Positions 58,595-64,000 of a stretch of DNA of 64,000 nt are shown piece by piece. Position numbers and translations under genes: made by a program. Each line of letters opens with the position of its first letter. The first letter of the stretch is position 1. This DNA is from a virus. The DNA lies in the IMG/VR virus record IMGVR_UViG_3300047562_004403, positions 1 to 64,000 of that record; one strand, given 5' to 3'. The notes under the pieces are model-generated. The model ran no database searches. It was not told the origin of the DNA and saw only the letters and a program-made list of their open reading frames with translations.

Positions 58595-58632
58595 CTTTAG
58601 ACTGATTTGATTTAAATTGTTTGGGTTTAAAG
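58595..58632. promoter_or_regulatory. divergent late-type promoters (GTCTAAAG minus for the MTase; GTTTAAAG plus for ORF 58656)
   Basis: Motifs at 58602-58595 and 58625-58632, each ~22-23 nt from its ATG. Confidence 0.5.
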
Positions 58633-58655
58633 ACTAATTAAATAGCGCGTAGACT

Positions 58656-61001
58656 ATGCTCGGGGATTATGCCCCTCAGGATTGGGGAATCGCAGATAAA
58701 ACTGAATGGGTAGCGGAACAGCCACTTGAGGGCGAGGCTAGGATGCCTGCTCTTGAGGGCGTGGATGTTGTTGGGTTTTGTGAAGTAATAAGTTTTGCTG
58801 CTGGGCAATTTATACCTGACAATGTAAAGAAAATGGCTGCGGGACAACCTAACTACACGTTTAGAAATCCTCAAACAGGGCAGACTTATATCAAGAGAAA
58901 TGGGCACTGGACGGTTAGTCAACAAGATGGAAAGAAAATCCAAGAAAAGATGAGCAATGCGATAGATCGTGGTAATATACCAAAAGAACATCTAGACGAA
59001 CCAAGGTCTCGATCAGAAGTTAAACCTAAACTTAAATCTAAACCCAAACAAGAAACGCAACCCGAACCAGCACCTGAACCAAAACCCAAAGTCGAACAAA
59101 AACCAGAGATTCAAGAAAAAGCTCAACCTGATCCGCTCCAGGAGAAAAGCTCTGCTTCCAACATTTACGCAATAGATCAGTCAACTACAGAATCCATTTC
59201 CAGAGTGAAGAGCTTAAGCTCCGCACCGGCCACTGATCCTACTTTCAAATCAGGACAGATCGCTTTCAAGCAAATCGAAGACCACTACTCTAAAGTTTCT
59301 CCTTACGAAGAGGCCCTAACTAAGCTCTCCGGTAAAGGCGGATTCGGGAATAAGATTATGTCCGCGCTTTTAAAGGACTTTGATCTTGATCAACAAGTTG
59401 AGATTAAAAAGAAAACTTTTGTTACTCCAAGAAAGATCCTTGAAGACGCGGGCCTTGACGTGAATAACCCAGAAAAAGTTCAAAAGTTTCGTTCTTTATT
59501 GCAGTCCTTAAATTCTCACCTAGGTCCTGACGGCGGCTGGACAACCTCTCCGACTCACTCTCTGTCGGAAGGCCTTGGATTTTTTGAAGCAGAGCACGTC
59601 CAGCATAGATCTGATATGGCGGATCCAAAAACGTTACCTTCGGATCTAAGAGTTAAGGCTTTTTCAACTGGAGCGGACTTTCAGGATTCTTCAGCTTGGG
59701 CGGATATGACTCCTCAAGAGATCGATTTAGTATTCCATCTTCTACCCACAGCAGCGCAAACGTCATTGAAGAAGAGTGGATCTCCTGATAAGTACTATGA
59801 TCCTTTGTCGCCTGGAGGGCAAAGTAATAACCCTACAGATCTTCGCGGAAGACTAGCTTTGTTTATGTGGGCAAAACAAGGTGGTCGTGATGGTTACTCT
59901 CTGTCAGGAATGCAAAGATCGCCAGGCGAGTTTCAGGTGGAACACGTACAGGATCTATCGTCCGGTGGTAAAGATACCGCGTCTAACTTTGTGATGCTGC
60001 TAAAGAGAGTGAATGAACCACGTTCCAGTCTTCCACTACCTACATTTGTAGAGCAGGCGTCAAGAAGAGCCAAAGAAGTAGAGAAAAACCTGGCTGATCC
60101 AGGTGGAGAGTTTTTACAAACAAGACTTAAAGCTCTGCAGCAAAGAGGAGTGCATGACTCCCTTAGCGACAGTTCTAATCCTTTGCTTGGATCCATTTCT
60201 AACCTGTCTAGTCCAGAATTTTTTAAACTCGTGCAAAAAAATTCGGAGTCTCTTCCAGAAAATCTAAGACCATCCATAGATGAGTTTAATAAGTTCGCGG
60301 ATTCAGTCAATTCTATAACTGATCCAAGTACTAAGATTTCGGATCTAAGCGTTGCTCAAATGAACCAACTTCTTTCCTCACTGGAATCATTTGGCGCTAA
60401 CCCCGACAAAGTTAAAGAGTATCTTGGCAGGTCAGTGTTCAACAACTACCATGATGGTAATAGAATCCAATCTATAAAATCCGATGGAACTATAGTTGCT
60501 GGACGCGGGGGGACTAATTCCGCTCCGGCACCGCTACAGTTTCTTGAGAATAGACTTATGGGCAGACCAGAATCTGTATCTCCAGAGGAGTATGGTTCTG
60601 GGCTAGCGTTAGTATCCAATGCTCATGATAATATAAGAAACGCGAGAAATAAGCTCATCGAGAATGGCGGAGGAGATTTTTCGCAATTCCACGAGGCTTT
60701 AGGGGATTCTTTAATGACAATATGCGGATTAGACGAAGGGTCTCCTGAGTGGATACGTAATAGAAAGATTAGTACCAGAGACCTCTCTAGAACTATCGAA
60801 AATTACGTAGGTACTTTTCCACCAAATAGACCTGTTGGAGGCCAGCTCGCGAGCTTATACGTGTCCGCTGCTCTTGACTACCACGGGTTCAGCAAAGAAC
60901 AACTTGATAATCCCGACGCAATTAAGAAAAAAGCTGATAGAGTAAAAGTCTTAAAAATCAAATCCACCTTGGACCAAATAACTCAAGGTACTAAATCATG
61001 A
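58656..61001 (+). CDS. large protein with a central HNH-like motif, candidate virion/ejected protein
   Basis: FQVEHVQDLSSGGKDTASNFVMLLKRVN; Pro/Lys/Glu-rich linker; late-type promoter. Confidence 0.55.
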   Translation: MLGDYAPQDWGIADKTEWVAEQPLEGEARMPALEGVDVVGFCEVISFAAGQFIPDNVKKMAAGQPNYTFRNPQTGQTYIKRNGHWTVSQQDGKKIQEKMSNAIDRGNIPKEHLDEPRSRSEVKPKLKSKPKQETQPEPAPEPKPKVEQKPEIQEKAQPDPLQEKSSASNIYAIDQSTTESISRVKSLSSAPATDPTFKSGQIAFKQIEDHYSKVSPYEEALTKLSGKGGFGNKIMSALLKDFDLDQQVEIKKKTFVTPRKILEDAGLDVNNPEKVQKFRSLLQSLNSHLGPDGGWTTSPTHSLSEGLGFFEAEHVQHRSDMADPKTLPSDLRVKAFSTGADFQDSSAWADMTPQEIDLVFHLLPTAAQTSLKKSGSPDKYYDPLSPGGQSNNPTDLRGRLALFMWAKQGGRDGYSLSGMQRSPGEFQVEHVQDLSSGGKDTASNFVMLLKRVNEPRSSLPLPTFVEQASRRAKEVEKNLADPGGEFLQTRLKALQQRGVHDSLSDSSNPLLGSISNLSSPEFFKLVQKNSESLPENLRPSIDEFNKFADSVNSITDPSTKISDLSVAQMNQLLSSLESFGANPDKVKEYLGRSVFNNYHDGNRIQSIKSDGTIVAGRGGTNSAPAPLQFLENRLMGRPESVSPEEYGSGLALVSNAHDNIRNARNKLIENGGGDFSQFHEALGDSLMTICGLDEGSPEWIRNRKISTRDLSRTIENYVGTFPPNRPVGGQLASLYVSAALDYHGFSKEQLDNPDAIKKKADRVKVLKIKSTLDQITQGTKS

Positions 61002-61477
61002 ATGACAGATTTACAAGCGTTATAGAAAACACGCTCTATAAGTTAAATACAACTTTAGCAGACCTAGGGCTCTCAACAGACGAGCTTTACGCGTACGCCA
61101 AAAAATACAAGTTTAATACCAATGAGCTTGAATCTTTTATTACTGAAAAGCACAACAAAGCAAAAAAACAACCATCTAAAGTAAACCTAACAGAGTCGGA
61201 CTACTTGGAAATACTCAGAAGAAAAAAGCTAAGGGAAGGTGCCAATTACGCCGATTCCATGGTATTCTATAAAGGAAAAGCGCTGGGGCGCTGCCCGGCA
61301 GGAACAACACGCGCTGGTAAAACGTGCGTTCCTGGCGCCTCAGCTACGCCAAATGGCCCCGGGTATAAACAAACTGACCTCGGCGGATTATCGCAGGCTC
61401 AAGTCCAAGCTCTATCCAAAGCCAAATCCACCGAAGATATTATTAAAGCACATAAAAAATTTAACAAAAATGATTGA
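60998..61477 (+). CDS. hypothetical protein
   Basis: ATGA overlap with the upstream gene; GRCPAGTTRAGKTCVP mini-motif. Confidence 0.55.
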   Translation: MNDRFTSVIENTLYKLNTTLADLGLSTDELYAYAKKYKFNTNELESFITEKHNKAKKQPSKVNLTESDYLEILRRKKLREGANYADSMVFYKGKALGRCPAGTTRAGKTCVPGASATPNGPGYKQTDLGGLSQAQVQALSKAKSTEDIIKAHKKFNKND

Positions 61478-61709
61478 AAGAATTGCAAAGCCCGTCCGGT
61501 TTGATAAGGACGTGCCCTGGCTCGTAGTAGCCCATGATGGCGAGAAATTTTTCGTAGCAAAAGAAGATGTAATTGCCGAAGACCCAACAATGGAACTCAT
61601 CGAGATGGGAAGTCGATCCCTGCTCCAATGGGCCATAGAGTATCAGTATCCGCTTCGTAAATTCGTCAAGCTTCAGCGCCTTCTTGTGGAGAAGTATTTC
61701 GGACCCTAG
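61470..61709 (+). CDS. small hypothetical protein
   Basis: MIERIAKPVRFDK...; start overlaps the upstream stop. Confidence 0.5.
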   Translation: MIERIAKPVRFDKDVPWLVVAHDGEKFFVAKEDVIAEDPTMELIEMGSRSLLQWAIEYQYPLRKFVKLQRLLVEKYFGP

Positions 61710-61736
61710 ACAAATTTAACATGGTTGTGGTAAAAT
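61707..61736 (+). promoter_or_regulatory. sigma70-type promoter (TAGACA-18-TAAAAT, extended TG)
   Basis: Upstream of the ThyA-like gene. Confidence 0.5.
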
Positions 61737-61763
61737 GGTCTCATAACCCTAACAAGAGAGTCC

Positions 61764-62609
61764 ATGCCACAACCCTGTCTATCCTTCGACCTTCAGTATA
61801 TTAAAATTGCTCGTGAAATCCTTGATAATGGCATCGAGATTGTAGGTCGTAATAATCTCCGTTATAAACAAATTTTCGGACAAACAATCAAAGTTGATTT
61901 ACGAGATGGTTTCCCCGCGCTCACTCTTCGCAAAATGCCCACGCGTAACTTATTTCGCGAGTTTATGTGGGATATCTCGGGAGACTATAGGGTAAGCAAT
62001 CTCGGACCAGCAAAACATTTTTGGGACTTTCTCGCCGATGCCGAAGGCCGACTCGCAGGATCCTATGGACGTTCTTGGCGCTCCTGGCCCAAAGTCTGCC
62101 CAGAAGAAAGCATGGAATGGGAGAATTTTCGCAAAGAACCATTTGACCAGCTTAAGTGGATTTGGGAACAACTTCGCACTAATCCAACTAATCGCCAACT
62201 TGTACTTCAGACCGTAAACCCGGCATATGAGTCTTTGCATTGCCCAGGTTGTCATCCCTGCCTCGTGTTTAGTTCCGATGGCGCTCATCTCGATCTTCTT
62301 GTGACCGCGAGGAGCAATGACATGGCCACAGGAGTGCCCCTAGATATGTTTCGCTATGGCCTTCTCACCACCAAGATGGCTCAGGACGCTAATCTGATTC
62401 CGCGATTTGTGATGTTTGCCTCTGCCAATAACCACGTCTACTCTCAAAACGAACTTGCGATTAAGTCGATCATCACAAACTCCCCTATGACACCTTGTGA
62501 TGTTTGGATCAATAACGAAAAACCCATCTTCGATCTCGATCCAGAAACCGACTTCGAACTCATCGATTACACTTCCCATCCTGCCAAGAAAATGGATCTT
62601 GCCAACTAA
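61764..62609 (+). CDS. thymidylate synthase (ThyA)-fold enzyme with Asp at the Asn177 position; predicted dCMP C5-(hydroxy)methyltransferase
   Basis: DLRDGFPALT, REFMW, YGRSWR, DQL, PGCH catalytic Cys, RSNDMATGVPLD, NHVY, Y.SHP C-terminus. Confidence 0.8.
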   Translation: MPQPCLSFDLQYIKIAREILDNGIEIVGRNNLRYKQIFGQTIKVDLRDGFPALTLRKMPTRNLFREFMWDISGDYRVSNLGPAKHFWDFLADAEGRLAGSYGRSWRSWPKVCPEESMEWENFRKEPFDQLKWIWEQLRTNPTNRQLVLQTVNPAYESLHCPGCHPCLVFSSDGAHLDLLVTARSNDMATGVPLDMFRYGLLTTKMAQDANLIPRFVMFASANNHVYSQNELAIKSIITNSPMTPCDVWINNEKPIFDLDPETDFELIDYTSHPAKKMDLAN

Positions 62610-63883
62610 TGCCTCTACCTGAATACGATTATACCACTACGCTTCTTGAAGATGTATTTGAGCCCGTCATCGATCCTTATTGTCCGGTTTATGTCATTGA
62701 TTTTAAAGTATGTGCGCATTTTATCAATAATTATTCGGAAACCGCGGTGGATGTGGCAAATGGTTCTGAAGAAAATCTTCGAAAGATAATTCGGGCAATG
62801 TGGGCCTATAGGCTTAACCGCGGGCCTGATATGCTCAAACCCATGCCCTTTATAGGTCTTATTGCTGATGATTTTAAGGGTTCTCTTCCAGCCGATTTTT
62901 CAGAGGCCTCGGCGAGTGGCAAGGGGTACTGGAGACACATTGAAGCTCATAAACTTGACATGGCCGAGTATAAAGGTGGAAGGGGAGAAAAAACCGAATT
63001 TTTTGATCTTATCCAAGACGAGGGATATAAATACATTCAATCGCCCGGCTCCACATTCCATTATTTTGCCAAGGAATTTTTCGAAGCAGACGATATCGCA
63101 GGCCATGTCTGTAGATTAAAGCGTAAAGCTCGTAAGAACTCCAAACTTGCCAAACGTCAGATCCTATTAGGCACTCTTGACGGTGATTGGCAAGGCCTTG
63201 TCTCCGACGACCATGGAATCATTTGGGCAAATACCGGACCTTGGTTGCCTCGTTTACGCTCAGAACGTGAAGTTTGCGACTATTACCTGCGTAAAGAAGG
63301 AATGCATATTACATCGGCCAAAGGCTGCTATGACTTCAAAGTTGAATATGGTGATCTAGGAGATAATCTTTATCCAGGAACTCCATTGAGATTTTTTGAT
63401 CTATACAACGAGGATACCACTTGGCGCTTTACAAGCGATGATACTAAACGCCTACTTAAGGTGCTTGGTAGTACTACACCTTCTAATCGCCCGGATCATA
63501 TGGAATCTGCAAGGACTTTTCTTTTGCGAAAAGGGCTTTTTCTTCCTGAAATCCCTACAACTTGGCATGAAGACAAAACCTCATACTTCTCTAGGGCAAG
63601 AAAAGCCCGCATTGAAAATTCTCATCCGGAACTCACGGGGAGAAATAGAACAATTTGCATGGAGAAAATCTCCGATATGAAAAACTTTGAAAAATGCAAA
63701 GAACTTGCACTAGAGGATGTAAAAATACATTCCGAAATAAAAACCGAAACAGAACACTTACGTCAATGTAAAGAAATAGAGGATAAAAAATGTATCAAAG
63801 AACTTAGAACTATACTTCGTAGTCTTAAAGATTTGCGCTCTTCCATCAAAGAAGAATTATCAAAACTAATAACCAAATCTTGA
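62609..63883 (+). CDS. 5'-3' exonuclease / flap endonuclease (T4 RNase H-like)
   Basis: YVIDF, YKGGR, FEADDIAG, LDGDWQGL and GDLGDN acidic motifs; C-terminal coiled coil. Confidence 0.8.
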   Translation: MPLPEYDYTTTLLEDVFEPVIDPYCPVYVIDFKVCAHFINNYSETAVDVANGSEENLRKIIRAMWAYRLNRGPDMLKPMPFIGLIADDFKGSLPADFSEASASGKGYWRHIEAHKLDMAEYKGGRGEKTEFFDLIQDEGYKYIQSPGSTFHYFAKEFFEADDIAGHVCRLKRKARKNSKLAKRQILLGTLDGDWQGLVSDDHGIIWANTGPWLPRLRSEREVCDYYLRKEGMHITSAKGCYDFKVEYGDLGDNLYPGTPLRFFDLYNEDTTWRFTSDDTKRLLKVLGSTTPSNRPDHMESARTFLLRKGLFLPEIPTTWHEDKTSYFSRARKARIENSHPELTGRNRTICMEKISDMKNFEKCKELALEDVKIHSEIKTETEHLRQCKEIEDKKCIKELRTILRSLKDLRSSIKEELSKLITKS

Positions 63884-63909
63884 CTCAAATACCCCATATA
63901 GTCTATAAT
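63880..63909 (+). promoter_or_regulatory. sigma70-type promoter (TTGACT-18-TATAAT)
   Basis: Near-consensus -35 and -10 before ATG 63933. Confidence 0.55.
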
Positions 63910-63932
63910 AGCTTTATTCGCCAAATTTTTAT

Positions 63933-64000
63933 ATGCCAGAATCTAAAAACCAAGGGCATTCTTCGGCCAAAGAAACTATGGCCTCTGATGCAATTGGTCC
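63933..64000 (+). CDS. 5' fragment of an ORF running off the window
   Basis: MPESKNQGHSSAKETMASDAIG... open to the end of the window. Confidence 0.4.
   Translation, partial: MPESKNQGHSSAKETMASDAIG

Noticed and set aside
59010-59130. PKPK/PEPAPEP low-complexity stretch as a DNA repeat element
   Set aside because: It is explained as a Pro/Lys/Glu-rich protein linker.
61239-61469. Long N-terminal extension of ORF 61239-61709
   Set aside because: It overlaps ORF 60998-61477; ATG 61470 at the upstream stop is the more plausible start.
6724-63680. Many short antisense or alternate-frame ORFs inside long genes (e.g. 7502-7861, 25482-25811, 32942-33337, 48888-49400, 59933-60310)
   Set aside because: They are fully nested in well-supported genes and have no recognisable motifs.
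1-64000. tRNA genes, CRISPR arrays, IS elements, integrase
   Set aside because: Intergenic gaps are short, and no cloverleaf, repeat-spacer array or recombinase/transposase motif was seen by eye.
1-64000. Restriction-site or CpG bias as evidence of base modification
   Set aside because: CCGG and GGCC look common, but k-mer statistics could not be computed, so no claim is made.

Overview
This window is a 64-kb segment of a large lytic dsDNA tailed phage, most likely a contractile-tailed cyanophage that is not T4-like. The cyanobacterial link comes from a SigF-like sigma factor, a Mo-nitro_C-domain gene, a tandem glnA (glutamine) riboswitch with DUF4278, phoH and cyanophage-type tail proteins. 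Positions ~1-48,000 are mainly virion and glycan genes in alternating strand blocks: a TPR plus double GT17 glycosyltransferase, a GH130-like propeller, several very large tail/receptor-binding proteins, a baseplate hub-lysin, a gp5-like spike, gpI and gpJ baseplate proteins and the terminase large subunit. phoH, a dNMP kinase, thioredoxin and the sigma factor are interspersed among them. Positions ~48,400-64,000 hold DNA and nucleotide metabolism: an SSB-like protein, metallophosphoesterase, nrdB, nrdA with an internal glutaredoxin, HNH nucleases, an all-alpha dNTP pyrophosphatase, an atypical C5-methyltransferase, a ThyA-fold enzyme and a 5'-3' exonuclease. Four signals stand out. (1) The ThyA homologue has Asp at the Asn177 specificity position, which predicts dCMP specificity; with the pyrophosphatase, the kinase and a C5-MTase whose SAM motifs are remodelled, this suggests a cytosine-modification system. 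(2) There are two promoter classes, including a GTTTAAAG -10-type element probably read by the phage sigma factor. (3) Unrelated proteins, including an HNH nuclease, share an N-terminal PEGW...Y[AS][ED] leader. (4) A glutamine riboswitch precedes a three-peptide operon. All assignments come from reading motifs by eye; no searches were run.
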